The position numbers and the translations under genes were made by a program. Shown here piece after piece: positions 1 to 12,462 of a DNA stretch of 64,000 nucleotides (the first letter of the stretch is position 1; every line of letters begins with the position of its first letter). Source of the stretch: Amoebophrya sp. A120. Lineage: Eukaryota > Protista > Dinoflagellata. Where the stretch lies: contig CAJINV010000010.1 in assembly GCA_905178155.1 (NCBI GenBank), positions 2,934,587 to 2,998,586 on the forward strand, written 5' to 3'. The notes under the pieces were generated by a model, which had not been told where the DNA came from, searched no databases, and saw only the letters and a program-made list of their open reading frames with translations.

Positions 1-617
1 TCGTTATGTTGTCTTCAATTGAAAAGATAAAGAGGTGGCAAGCTCAAGTAGTTGTAATGTAAAACAGTGGTAAAATGAAAATAACCGTAAATTTGCAAAA
101 CAATAAAACAAAATTTCATCAAAAGTCGGGGTGCTATTTGTGCTTGGCTTTTTTTACGAGAAAGAAACAATCCGAAGAAAGTAGAAGTTCGTGACCACCC
201 TATTCCACTGCGGGGGGAAGGTCTCAAACCTGGGGGAAAGGATGAAGTGTGTCAATCAGATAAATTTTACGCGCAAACCATCTATTATTGCAAAGCAGAC
301 CGGGAACCACCACGACCACTACAAAAAACTTTTACCGAAAGAAATCAACTTTGAAGCGCCAGCAAAGACGAAAAACTGGGCGAAGGTCGATACTGGCGAG
401 GGCATCAACGAGATTCTTCCTGAGGTACGAAAGCACGACCGATTGTTTGTTCCTTCACTCCACCAAACCGAAGTAAGACAAAAGCTGACTGAAATTATAC
501 CACAACGAATTCAAATAACCATAAGACCCGACTATAGCCGCGGCGCTGATAGACGAGGACTGATGAGCAAGTAATTTAAATAATCAGCATTAGCTGTACG
601 CTGTACGAAGGCACCGA

Positions 618-673
<56 letters not shown>

Positions 674-1300
674 GAGAAGGCTTTGTATTACACTGCAGCT
701 TTCCTCTACTTTACGCTCACCGACACATAATATTATTCTATCTGACGCTAGTTTCTCTACCACTATCTTGCTATGCAGCACCCTTTGAATATTAGTAGAG
801 GGCGGTGGGACAACGTCAACGCAGAAAAACTAGCATAAGTACGACGTAAGATGACAATGGTCGTGGTGCTCGGAGCGCTGATAATATCCGCCTCACGCCA
901 TGGAAAACTGTACAACATGGGGCGAAGAAAATCTCTCATCGGGAGAGAAAGAGGGACCCCTGCTGCTCAATATTGTTTTCAGTCGCTTTGATGTGGCCTA
1001 CTTATCAAAATTTGTTTTTCACAATGGTACTGCGCTCCGGCGGCAAGTTGCCGAAATTATGGACAACACAAAAATAATCTACTCGCGAATGAAAATCGTA
1101 AACAAGAAAGTGAGATACGGAGCAGTGATCTTGTCATGTGATAAATGCAGAAATAAATTGCTGCTCCGAGAATACGCCAAATCAAGAAATCAATGTTGCA
1201 AAAAAAATGGAAATAGCAATACGACAGACTATTATTAATTTAGAAAAGGATGTCAATTTGAAAAGGATGTCGATGTGGAGATGCTGGATGCCTCCTCGCC
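1..1300. repeat. Segmental duplicate of the kinase upstream intergenic region (matches about 8397-9570, partly 22495-22730)
   Basis: Shared blocks such as TCGTTATGTTGTCTTCAATT and CCACTACAAAAAACT. Implies another array unit just left of the window. Confidence 0.75.
618..671. repeat. (GAT)18 microsatellite
   Basis: Read directly from the sequence. Confidence 0.95.
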
Positions 1301-2380
1301 TTGGTATATAGCAATCAATGTAAATCTCAAAAGTTGAAGTTGATAAAATTTGCACAGAAAGTAAATGTGAATGTTTGAACAGTGGCAGATGATCTTTGTT
1401 GTGAATCACAAGAGTGGTTTTTCGCACTGAAGATTAAACTTACGCGGAGAGAACGGTGTTGATAAAAAGAAGAAGCAAGGTGAATTACAAACGTTATACA
1501 ATTGACTACCATAGCAGCCTGCTTAGTCTCAGAAGATGTTGATAGTTTTTGTTTTTGTCAAAGTATGCTGGAAAATAATTCATCTTCATCTTGTTCGAAC
1601 AAAATAAAGCAAAAAATGCAGCTCGTCGCCCCGCTTGCGCTTCACTCGCAGCCGCGTTTGTTCAGTCTGCGCCGGCCTCGTCCCCCTCCCAACCCTCCGA
1701 GGCGTTCCCGCTTTCCGCCGGGGCCGGCGCATCTCGATCGCGTTCATTTTTGGAAGTAGAGCCGTCGACGTTTCCACCACTATAATCCACGTTCTCGTCA
1801 CCGCCCTCTCCCCGGTCGTCGGGGACTTGCGAAGCCGCTGAAAGAAAGGGATTCTGCTGGACGAAGGACGTCGAAGCTGTGCTCTGGCGTAGTCGAGCTG
1901 ATGAAAAACGGGAAAGCGACCAAGGAGATGAGGTCCGCGATTGCCGATCTGAAAACATCCTCCGCAATGATCCCGACCGCGACGCCGGCGACCGACTGGC
2001 CACTGGAGAATTTCTCACTAGTGTATCCTGGGTAACAAAAGCGTGCCCACACTAAATTTGTCGCGCAAGTTTTCAAGAGCTGTAGCCTCAGGGGCAGTAT
2101 GAAGATTTTCTACTAGAAAATCTTCATACTCACACGACAAATATAGCCACTAAGGTCGTGTGATGCTCTAGTAAAACTAAAACTAAAAATGATAATCAGG
2201 ATTGCCACGTGCTACACGTGCGACACGGGTGCGCTAGCTAACCACGACTTCTGCGCAGTGATCTATGTATCATATGCAACAACCGAATAGCCTTATTCTC
2301 GGCTTGTACTTCATCTGTAGCAGTGCTCCAGGAGCTCCACCCAACTTGATTATGAGGTGAGTACGTCGGCTACGTTGATT

Positions 2381-5300
2381 TTACTCAGGATACGATGATC
2401 GTAATCCTCGAAGAGGATTTGCTTTGCTAGTGCTGCTGGTGGCGAGGGCCACAGGAGTTGTAGGATCCGGCCTCGCGGCCCTGCGCCCCGAGATCGTCCT
2501 CTGCTTTCCTTTGCTAGCGCTCTTCCGCAGTTCCTGCGCTCTGTTGACCACTTGGTCCTGGAGTCGTTTCAGATCCACCGTGAATTCCTCCCATTCTCCG
2601 ATGCTTTCCTGAACGACAAGGCCCTTACGTTCGGGGTCAATTGTGTTGTCGTCTGGCACCGGGTCTTCCTTTCGTCCTTCACGGAGAGCGGGAACACGTC
2701 GAAGCGTCCTATCCCGGGCCTGCTGCTTTCTGATGTACTGGACGTGATCCCCCCGCTGGCCGAAAGGGCGGCCAGGTCGTGACGTAACCAGAGACGCGAC
2801 CGTAAGGGCTGCGGAAAAAGGCCTCCCTTTCCGCGATTCCTGGTAGGGGCGGAGAATGTAGTTTTTGTACAATTGCTCTCCTTCTCCGTCAGGTGGCTTT
2901 GTTGTTGTTCGCAAATAATAACTTCGTCGTTTTGTTTCAGGGGCAGGGTAGACCTTCCGCAGATTCTCCCGCGCAACGTTCCATGGCTCCTGACTCCCCT
3001 TGCCGAGCAAGACCAGGCCGCCCTCCGAACCGCCCACCGCAGGCTCTCCGAAGAGGTCCGATAGAGTCCGCGCAACGGCGTACAAGTCGAATGCCGGACC
3101 GTAGGGCAGGTTTGCGAGATCGTCCCACAGCGGCCCAACCATGAAGCACGTCGTGTCAGCCACGGGGTTGATGTACCCTGGAGAGCCAAACATTCCCGAG
3201 TACAGCGGTGGGCCGTACATTAGTGGCCACGTGGTGTACCCCGTTTCGTCATCAGCGGTCGTCATCTGATCATGAACGGCGACGAAGGAGGACAGCCCGA
3301 AGTCAAAAAATACGGGTTCGTATGGATGTGTCAGGATCGAAATCGACAAAGTCGAAAAATTTGTGATGCACAAAACCGATGCCAGTTGGAGCCTCAGTTT
3401 CCAAGTGGCGCATGACAAATTTAGGGAGCACCCAAATCCAGGCTGTCATGCTGTTTGGACGAAGAAGGTTGGTCCTGTCATGCTACTCTGGCAGCACAAG
3501 GCATACCCCTAAACAGGCTTACAGTCGGTCTCATATGCCTGCTCTCCAATACAGGCCTTCAGTGCTCTTCATTTTATGCATCACAAATTTTTCGACTTTG
3601 TCGATTTCGATCCTGACACATCCATAGTTCGGTGTATAAGGTTACCCCGTTCGCGTGATCGATCCGAAATCCCATGTTTTCCGGTTTTATGTCATTGTGC
3701 ACAAACCCAAGGTCGCCAAGCTCCAGGATTTTGGCATACATCGACTTTGCCAGGCCGTCGGCGGATCGCAGGGCGCCGGCAATCATGTCGACAGGAAGAT
3801 GAGCAAAAGAATGGGCGCCGCCATTGCTGTCAATCACTTCTATTGTATTGAAAGCCGGAGTGGTATCCTGTGTAAAAAAGAACGTAGTTTTTGATTGATG
3901 TAGCGACGCCCCGCCCGCCCCTGACGTCACTCGGTACCCGATCGCGATCGCCCGAAGGACAGAGGGCTTATCATGCATGATTTGCTTGTTCTTGCACAGT
4001 CCATGCCTAATGCTCATGCGGCTCTACTACAATCATGATGACAGGCATGCTCTAGTATTGACATACGGAATGCGGATTTCATCCAGTGTCGTGAAAGCTT
4101 TTGGATTTGTAATGCAGAGTTCGCATCATGAATGTAGGTCTAGGTATCATCATGTTACACGTTTTATTTACACAGGATAGATGGCAACCCTCTCCAGTAC
4201 AAAGTGGAAGGAAGTCTCGTATTCATTCGCGATATGCATTGCAAATACTAATGCATCGGGGTCTGGAACTGGACTTGCGCTTGTAATGCGAGCGGAAGCA
4301 GAAGCGGATTTCATTTGGTTATCCTTATCACAGACAAGGACCTGGTGCCGCGTTCGCTGCAGCAAGAGAATGACTCGCCATGTTTCTTCTTGTCGCGCTA
4401 GGAGGCGCTTTGTACATGTAGAAGACGAAAATTCCTATGTATACAAAAGAAAAACCAATAAAAAAAATTGATGTGATCATGACTCAGCAAGGAAGACCGC
4501 CGCTGTGTCATGATGCGTGCTTTTCATCTCGTCCAGAGGACCCGGACGGTTTTGTATTGACAATGCATACACCGGGGTCGGGACAAAATTGCCAGCTTCG
4601 TCGAGCTTTTGGTATGCCGCAGAAAAGTCCATCCACACCAGAGGAAAATATATTTGCGTAGCGGTTTTCAAGAGTCCTGCGTCAGCCCTTTTTGCCGGAT
4701 CAGCGTAGGAGCAAACTTTTTATTTTGTCGGTGAGTGTTTATGTATCAATGAGGAATTTTATGTATCAGTATGATCACAAGCCAAATAAAACTCCGGATG
4801 AACTGCGGCCGCCCTTGTAAGTGTTGCGTATCGTATCCACATGAAAGAATCGGAGTACTGACACGAACTACTAAATTATGCTTTGCCTTTTTGTCTGGTG
4901 TGGGTGTACTTCTTTGCTGTGGGATATTTGCACCTTCCTGGTCACCACAACGCGGTCGAAGGGTACCACGGCGTTTGGGGCTGCCTGGGTCAGTATCAAA
5001 TGTAAAAATGTCTGGGTCTGGAACAATGCAACTTGTGATGCTGCATTTGGATTTCAAAAAAATCTATATTGCATGAGTGCTAAAGGAAATGCAATTTTTG
5101 CTACGTCATGCGGAATACGCATCGAGAAGCCCTCAGAAAATCTGTATTGCTGCGGTATGCATCACAGACATCATGGCCAATGCAAAGCGTGCATGACAAG
5201 TGTCAGAAGCTTCCAGACCCAGACATTTTTGCGTTTGATAGTCAGCAGAGTGTTCATGATGATTTCCGCGTACACGTCGTAGCCACATGTGTGCAGTATC

Positions 5301-8061
5301 CTGTGTAAAAACGTACCCACCCCAGAGTTGTCATGCAGATTTGCAATGACAGGAACACTTGTAATGCGCTTCCCCATGAAAGGCATTTCCAATCGTGTTT
5401 CGGCATTTGTAATGCTGTGACCAGGATGAGCAGATGGATTTCTGATGCAGCTGGCCTTGCGAACCTGCACTACACTACGGACTGCAACTTGTGATGCGTG
5501 ACCCCCAAAAGCTCTAGGTTTGTGTTGCAAAATCCCCATCTCGACTCTGGTGTGGGGACGTTTTTACACAGCATATCCATCTTGAATTCTTCATCTTTCT
5601 TTTTCTTTTTTTGATTCCTTGTCTCTTCGTCATCGGATTCCTGCACCTCGAAAAATGCTTTCACCCGAAAATGCTGGCACCGAACTGTTTTGACGACTGT
5701 GCTATCCATTCGACAAAAGCACCCCGCGGACATTTGATGTTTCTCTGCGTCTACTGTGCGCACTACTTCTATTTTAATTTTGTTTTTGATGTCGTACAAC
5801 TACAAGCATTACTACACAGCAAGACCACGGAAGAAGATGTTTCTGAAAGAGCGCCGGCACTGATACTAGTACATATCAGAACATCTTCAAGGAGCAATAG
5901 AATTATTCGTACTGCCACGACCCTGCAACATCAGGCATGCTTACTAGAAGAGTGGCTCAGACTGACAAAAATAAACGCCACGATTGTGCTTTGGTTCTTT
6001 CACGGGATAGCTCGTGGGGTCGTCTGGCAAATCCTGGACAACGCCGAACGAGCCCGAGCCAAGCTCTTTTCCAATACGACCCAGTGTGCTCGTACTCGTT
6101 TGCGCTTCCCCGGGTTTCGGCTTGGACGGTTTCCACGAAAGATGAGCTAGGTCGCCGAGGTCGTGCCCTTCATTCGTGCCACCATCGCCTTCTTTGTTTT
6201 GGTCGTAGTTTTGTGTATACGTATACCCGGCCCATCCTTCAACCATCTTCTCATCCAGTACTTTGTTCCATTCAGTAAGCATTTCTTCCTTGCTTTTGAA
6301 CTGTTTACCGAAAGCCTTCTCGGTCAGATGCTTGAAGGTTTCCGGCCCCTGCTCTTGCATTTCGCGAAAGGCCTGAGCTGTCAGCCATTTCATCTTGTCG
6401 TAAACCTGTGTCCTGCCTCCACTTGCTTGCTTTAGGAATTCCTCGCTGCGGTAGCTGCCGATCAAGTCCGCGTACCATGCATTTTGCACAACTTGGTCAT
6501 TCGCTGCGTCCGAAAAAGCGTACTGATCCTTCGCTCGTACTCCGGTATCCTGCAGCGCCACAACCGCGCGCAAAGTGTCCGCCTCACCTGCGGCGTCCAA
6601 AGGAGGCCGCGGAGCGCCGGCTGTACTGGACAACCGCGATGATGGACCACGTCCAGATATCCTGAGTAAAAACGTACCCACACCAGGGTCAGGATGGGGA
6701 TTTTGCAGCACAAACCTAGGAGGTTTGTGAGTCACGCATGACAAGTTGCGCTCTGCAGTGTAGTGCAGGTCAGCAAGTGCAGCCGCGTCACAGATTCATC
6801 TGCTCATCCTGTTCACAGCATCACAAATTCCAAAACACGACTGGAAATGGCTCTCATGGGGATGCGCATTACAAGTCTTCCTGTCTTTGCAAATCTGCAT
6901 TACAACTCTGGCGTGGGTACGTTTTTACTCAGGATACCAGGGGGCGATGAGGCCGGCCGCGGAGGCGTCGATTGAGAACGCAGTCCACGATATCAAATGC
7001 AAAAGTGTCTTTCTGGAAAGTTGGAACTTGTGATGGTAACTTTGGACTCTAAAAAAATCTGTATTGCATGACCAGCAAGAGGAGCCACATTTGTGCTACG
7101 CGAGGAGGGCATTTGTGATGCGGAAATGGCATCAGGAAGCTTTCCAAAAATCTGTGATGCTGGGTCATGCGTTACAAGCATCATGGGTCATGCCAGACAA
7201 GCATGACAAGCCTTCCATTCTTCCAGACCCAGACATTTTTACACTTGATACACGACTGGGAGGGCCGACCATGGAAGAAGGGGACCGGAACATCCTCAGA
7301 GTAGGCTTAACGGACGACCTGGATGAAGTGAACGAAGTGCCCTCTACTCCTGCTTGTGGCGGAATTCTTGCCGCTGCCTCTTGTTCTAAGAGGAAGCTGG
7401 TGGAGGTTGCACTAGCATCCGTGGCACCCCCTCCGGGGGAAGGTGGGGATGCAGTAGATTCTGACTCCGATTGGACATCGGCGACGGCCGGCTCTTGCTG
7501 CAGCGGGTCTCCGCTTTCGGCGCTGGGTGAAGTAGACGGCGTAGAAGAAATAATCGTGTCACCAACAAGAACATCATCTTGATGCTCAAGTAGAACATCC
7601 CGGCCGCCTGCAGTTGCTGGTGTTCTTGGCGCAGAAACAACATCAAGCTTTCCGCTCTTACCGCTCGAAGAAGTAGAAGTGCCCGACGTGGTCGTTTGGA
7701 AGAAAGAAAATGACGACATCAGCCAATCGGTGCCTTGTTGCAGCAGCCAGTGACGCTTGGCGCCCGGGCGGGGTGATAAAAACTTCCGCTCCTGTTTATT
7801 TTCTTCTTCTTGTTGCACCGGCGGAGGCGGAGCTGCTGGTGATGCGGCCATGATAGGCGCGGCCCCGACAAGGACATCCGTTGGAGTGGTCTCCGTATTG
7901 GGCGGAGACTTGGCGGCAATCCAGCTTGGCGGATCTTCAGGTGCATTTTGTTTTTTGTCAAACCCCGAATCCCGCCCGGCGACAGAGTCAGAGAGGACAA
8001 GGAGTATTAAAACCGCTTTGATATAATTACTTAATGGCGGAAAGAACAGCGACACCACCAT
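2381..8061 (-). CDS. Secreted (signal-peptide) Ser/Thr protein kinase, copy 1; 10 exons, about 996 aa
   Basis: Hydrophobic N-terminus MVVSLFFPPLSNYIKAVLILLVLSDSVAG. Removing 9 introners (each element plus 5 nt) gives a continuous 2991-nt ORF with GSGSFGVV, VVK, AEIIMN, HNDIKPEN, DFG, GSPGY and FDLYAV motifs. Confidence 0.85.
3321..3626. mobile_element. Introner family D (kinase copy 1)
   Basis: Perfect TIR of about 50 bp beginning TATGGATGTGTCAGGATCGAAATCGAC; DR GTTCG/GTTCG. Confidence 0.92.
3864..4179. mobile_element. Introner, B-like (kinase copy 1)
   Basis: TATCCTGTGTAAA...TTTACACAGGATA; DR AGTGG/GATGG; site empty in copy 2. Confidence 0.85.
4233..4569. mobile_element. Introner, diverged (kinase copy 1)
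   Basis: TATGCATTG...CAATGCATA; DR decayed; frame restored by removing element plus 5 nt. Confidence 0.8.
4613..4926. mobile_element. Introner, B-like, diverged (kinase copy 1)
   Basis: TATGCCGCAG...CTGTGGGATA; DR TTTGG/TTTGC. Confidence 0.8.
4994..5240. mobile_element. Introner family A (kinase copy 1)
   Basis: TATCAAATGTAAAAATGTCTGGGTCTGGAA TIR; DR GTCAG/GTCAG; empty site with a single GTCAG in copy 2 near 17430. Confidence 0.93.
5297..5575. mobile_element. Introner family B (kinase copy 1)
   Basis: TATCCTGTGTAAAAACGTACCCA TIR; DR decayed. Confidence 0.87.
5703..6009. mobile_element. Introner, diverged (kinase copy 1)
   Basis: TATCC...GGATA ends; absent from copy 2 (DATKVVK is continuous). 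Confidence 0.75.
6658..6936. mobile_element. Introner family B (kinase copy 1)
   Basis: TATCCTGAGTAAAAACGTACCCA perfect TIR; DR CCAGA/CCAGG. Confidence 0.9.
6991..7250. mobile_element. Introner family A (kinase copy 1)
   Basis: Family A TIR; DR CACGA/CACGA. Confidence 0.9.
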
Positions 8062-10397
8062 CTTCCGTGACTGCGGTGGTCTTATTTTCAGGAAACCGGA
8101 AGATACTAGAAGACGGCCGATTTTTGCTCTCTTCCCGTTGTCGTGGCGACTGCGGCTGTGCCGTTCACTTCGCACAGCGCCGTTTACTGTCCACCCTCCC
8201 AGCCCTTCTAAGCTCCGTTTCTGCGAAGAGAAATAACCGAGTGCGTTCTGGTTCTCGTTTCACCGTTGTTTTGTCATCGTGGTTGAGAATGATAATTTCA
8301 AAGTTATATTTGGGTCGTTTCGAAAAAGGAAAGTGGGTACTGCACGAAAGATGAAAACTACGGCATTTAGTCGTTGTGAAATACAGATTCAGATCGTCGT
8401 TATGTTGTCTTCAATTAATTTAAGTGAGGTGAAAAGTTCAAGTACTTAGTTTGTTTGTTTGTTGTAATAAAAGCCGTAAGTTTACAAAATTATACCTGAA
8501 AACAAAATTTTCTCAAAAGTCGGGGTGTTGTTTGTGCTTGGAGTTTTTTTTCAAGAAGAAAACAATCCGAAGAAGGGAGAAGTTCGCGACCGCCCTATTC
8601 CACTGTGGGGGGAGGGTCTCAAACCTGGGGAAAGGGATGGAACATTCCAAGCAGATAAATATAAAAATTTACGCACAAATCATAATCATTGCAAAAGAGA
8701 CCGGACGCCGCGACCACTACAAAAAACTTCTACCGAAAGAAATCAAGAATTTTGAAGCACCAGCAAAGACGAACTGGGCGAAAGTTAGAAGTAAGTGGCG
8801 ATGGCCCATGAACGCAATTCATCACAAGGTGCTACGAAAGCACGACCGATTGCTTTTTCGTTTTCCTTCACTCCACCAAACCGAGGACATCAAAAGCTAT
8901 ACTTCTGAAGTACCACATCAACGACACGTCGACCTCCACAACGCCCGGCTTTAGCCGCGGTGCTGACGAGCAAGTTGTACTTGTAAATCAGAATAACTTT
9001 ACGCTGTACAACGAAGGCACCGAGAAAGATGCTGATGAGTAGAGCAGGCTTTCTTATAATTGCAGTGTCTTCCTCTATTTCTTCACGCTCACCGACTTCT
9101 ACACATGATCACTTTACTTCCAACCATGGTTGCAAAATCCTCGAATGCGTGAATGCTAAGAGAGGATAAAGAGGGCGGTAGGAGGACAATAAAGTACTGG
9201 TCGTGCGGGTCTCGGCTTTTTTCATAGTGTCAAAAAAGTTCGTGTTCGCTTCCCTCCATGGAAACCGGTACATGGTGCGAAGTGTCTTCGAGGCAACAAA
9301 AGATGTGTTTCGTTTCATGTGTCGTGTATTTTCTGATACTGCTCTCCCGCAACGAATCGCCGAGGACGACACGAAAATCAGATATTTTGTATTAATTTCT
9401 TTTTTTTGTTGCAGAGTGGTCACGTGAGTAGAAGTGCAAATGAAAATGACTGCAACGAGGAGAGCGGTAATGTTGCCAAATCAAAGAAATCTTCAATGTT
9501 GTAAAAAAAAAGTTAAAGTAGACACTAGCACGACATGTCAATTTTCGAAGGATGTAGAGATGCCTCGTCGCACTGTCGACGTTAGCCATACTTTTTTTAC
9601 AACGTCAACGGTCATAGTCAAAATGCGAGGTGAGACAACAACAAACACAAAAACAAGAAGTAACTCTTTTATCAAGCAAGTTTCGTAGGAAAGGTGAAGT
9701 AGGTAGTAGTACACTCTTCAATTCGACGCAAGAGTAGGAAGTGTCAAACCAACAGTCAATTTCAAGTAATAATACAAACATAGAAGCAGACAAAACATGA
9801 CGTGAAGCTACAGAAATTATGAAAAATTAATCATGTGCGTGGTGGTCGTGAAGACCCCGTGAAGTTCCAATTTTCGTATTCAAAAATGTGAGGAGCGTTG
9901 CTCCTGTTGAAAGTGGAAAATGCGAGCTGTGGCGCTTCTCGAAAATGTAAACGGATGTTGACAAGCAAGTGCGATGAAGCTGATTAAAGTACTTGCAAGT
10001 AGAAGATGGAGATGTTGTACTTAGTATGAACAAGTTGTGATGAAAATACGATGAAAATGCTGGCTCGCCTCACGTGTCGTGAGTCCATGTAGGACCAGTG
10101 TCCACAGTCTCATGGACAACTTGGCTACAAATAAAAATCCCAGAATGTTCCTCCAACTAGAAGCACTATCTTCGCGAGCGGGTTCTTGGTCAAATACATC
10201 ACGAAAAAGGCCTGTGTCTGGCAGAGACACTGCGACGACACGCCGGTGGGGAACTTGACTCAAGGCATCTTCCCGCCATCTTGGTTCGACAGGCAATGCC
10301 TTCGTTCTGCTTTGTTTCTTCACAGTCAGATTTGGAGGTGGACGAAGACGACGTCGATTGAGAACGCCGCCGCCGGCGGATGGGAAGGATGGGAGAT

Positions 10398-10660
10398 TAT
10401 CAATATGTGAAAATGTCTGGGTCTGGAAGATTACCAGGTTTGTCATGCACATTTTGCATGACTCCTGACGTTCGTGATGCATGCCCTAGCATCACAGATT
10501 TTGTGAGGGCTTCCTGATGCCTATACCGCATGACAAATGCTCTTTCCGTGTAGCAAGACTCGGGCTCTCTTTGCTGCCCATGCAATACAGATTTTTTTAG
10601 AATCCAAAATCAGCATGACAAGTTGGATGCTTCCAGACCCAGACACTTTTACAGTTGATA
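10398..10660. mobile_element. Introner family A (kinase fragment)
   Basis: Family A TIR; DR GAGAT/GAGAC. Confidence 0.88.
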
Positions 10661-10819
10661 GAGACCGGCGGGACGCCTTCTTCCGAGGCCGAGCGGACAC
10701 CGAGCTGGAGGTGGAGGACAAAGCGCCTCCTCGTCCTGCTTGTGTCAGAGTTCTTGCCGCTGCAGCCTCTTGCTGTTCCAACAGGAAGCTGGTGGAGGTC
10801 GTTGTACTACCGTCACCTC

Positions 10820-11028
10820 TATCAACTGCAAAAATGTCTGGGTCTGGAAGATTCTGAGGCCTGTGATGCACGTCTTGCATGAGCCATGATGTCTGTGATG
10901 CACGCCCTAGCACCACAGATTTTTTGAGTGGGGGCATCTTGATGCCTATTCCGTATGAGGAATGCACTATCCTTGTTGCAAAAATTATATTTGCTACTCA
11001 CGCAACCCAGACATTTTTGCAGTTCATA
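10820..11028. mobile_element. Introner family A, internally shortened; same site as 20757-21022
   Basis: Family A ends; left flank ACCTC equals the right flank of the copy-2 element. Confidence 0.8.
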
Positions 11029-11086
11029 ATTCAAGGCACCTTCCCGCCTTCCCGGAGGTTCGACAGGCAAGGCAATGCCTTCGTCG

Positions 11087-12363
11087 ACAAAAAAGTGTTA
11101 ACGTTACGGCTTTGGCGATTTTTGGAACAAAATTTTTTTTTCCGCACAGTGGCTTTTTTTTCATGTAGAAGCCAACACTTTTCATGATACTAGCTACCGC
11201 GGGAGACTCTGTTGTAGCGTCATCCTCATCGGTTTGAGCTAGCTAGTACACAAAGCATTCCACTCCGCGCCCGGGTCTAGCGCAACCTCCGGAGGAATAC
11301 CACGGGCGCCGCGGCTCTGACTGTTTTGGCATGATATGGCGGTGATGTTGGCGACCTTTCGCCATGAAGTCTGTCACGCAAGGCGTGCGCCATGTGTCGG
11401 CATATGAGCCTATGCGACAACCCCCCGAAAGGTCCGCGCAACTCTTTACCATATCGCCACCTTAGAACAGTATAGGCTCGCTGCGTTTCTAGTCATTGCG
11501 CTGCAGCTTTTGAGCCATCTCACCAAGTTCTCTCCATGAAGCAGAAAAGCTGTGACTTCGAGGATGAGGAAAGTTGGCAAATTTAGGGCACCAAAGTGCC
11601 CAAGTTTTGCAGTCACCCATAAAACCGTTAACACTTTTTAGAATGGGCGGTATGATCGCCCCAGCCTGCCAAAAGCAGGCATTTTTGTATGAAAATGCCA
11701 AAAAATGACCGTTAACACTTTTTAGACAGCACGCTATGGTCGATTTATCCTCCCCAGAGACCGCGCTTCTTGGCCTGCAGGGTTTTGGACAGGGTAAGTC
11801 GATCATAGCATGCTGTCTAAAAAGTGTTAACGGTTTTTCTGGGTGACTGCGAAATTTGGCCTCAAATTGATAGCAAATCATGGACTTTTTCGGCGGAATT
11901 CCCTATGACCCGAAAAAACCGTTAAGACTTTTTAGACAGCACGCTATGATCGATTTTGCCTGCCAAAAGCAGGTCCATCCTCAGTGTCGATAGCGGGGGC
12001 GAGGATGGTGGCAACTCGAGACCATCTCTCAATGAGGTGGCTTGCAGTAGCTGCCGTCCACGAAGCGTCCCCAAACACTTGAAAAGCAGGCTCCGATGAC
12101 ACCGAGCTGGTGCGGAGGCGCTGCGACCGGGTCCAGGAGCCCAAGTGGCGCGGAAGGTTCGCCATGGAGCGGCCCCTGTGGGCGAAGTTCCGCGCCGTCA
12201 GGCCTTGTGCACCAGCTAACTCAAACAAAGTTAGTCACTCAGAGTCCCACAATAGTGAAAAGAGTGAGCGGGGCCCTTTACGCATTCATGTGATGCCGGC
12301 AGGGAACCCACAAAAAATTTTTAATGCCAAAAATGCCAAACCGTAACGTTAACACTTTTTTGT
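11087..12363. mobile_element. Non-autonomous DNA transposon (MITE-like), about 1.28 kb
   Basis: Perfect 23-bp TIR ACAAAAAAGTGTTAACGTTACGG, continuing with mismatches. Internal repeats of CCGTTAACACTTTTTAG in both orientations (about 11620-11960). No transposase ORF. Confidence 0.75.
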
Positions 12364-12462
12364 GGTTAACTCTGGTGGGGAACTTGACTCAAGGCATCTT
12401 CCCGCCTTCCCGGAGGTTCGACAGGCAAGGCAATGCCTTCGTCCCGCTTTGTTTCTTCACAG

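Larger units (their letters stand above)
10330..11028 (-). pseudogene. Truncated fragment of a further kinase paralogue (N-terminal low-complexity region) with two introners
   Basis: Closely matches 20522-21022 (TSTSFLLEQQEAAAARTLTQAG...SARPRKKASRR). It has no start codon or kinase domain and is bounded by rearranged DNA. Confidence 0.65.

Noticed and set aside
191-574. Plus-strand ORF and its counterpart 8451-8954
   Set aside because: They lie in duplicated upstream intergenic DNA, start with non-ATG codons and differ by indels. No domain was recognised.
4994-5240. Terminal TA as a Tc1/mariner target-site duplication
   Set aside because: Empty paralogous sites lack TA; the duplicated sequence is the external 5-mer.
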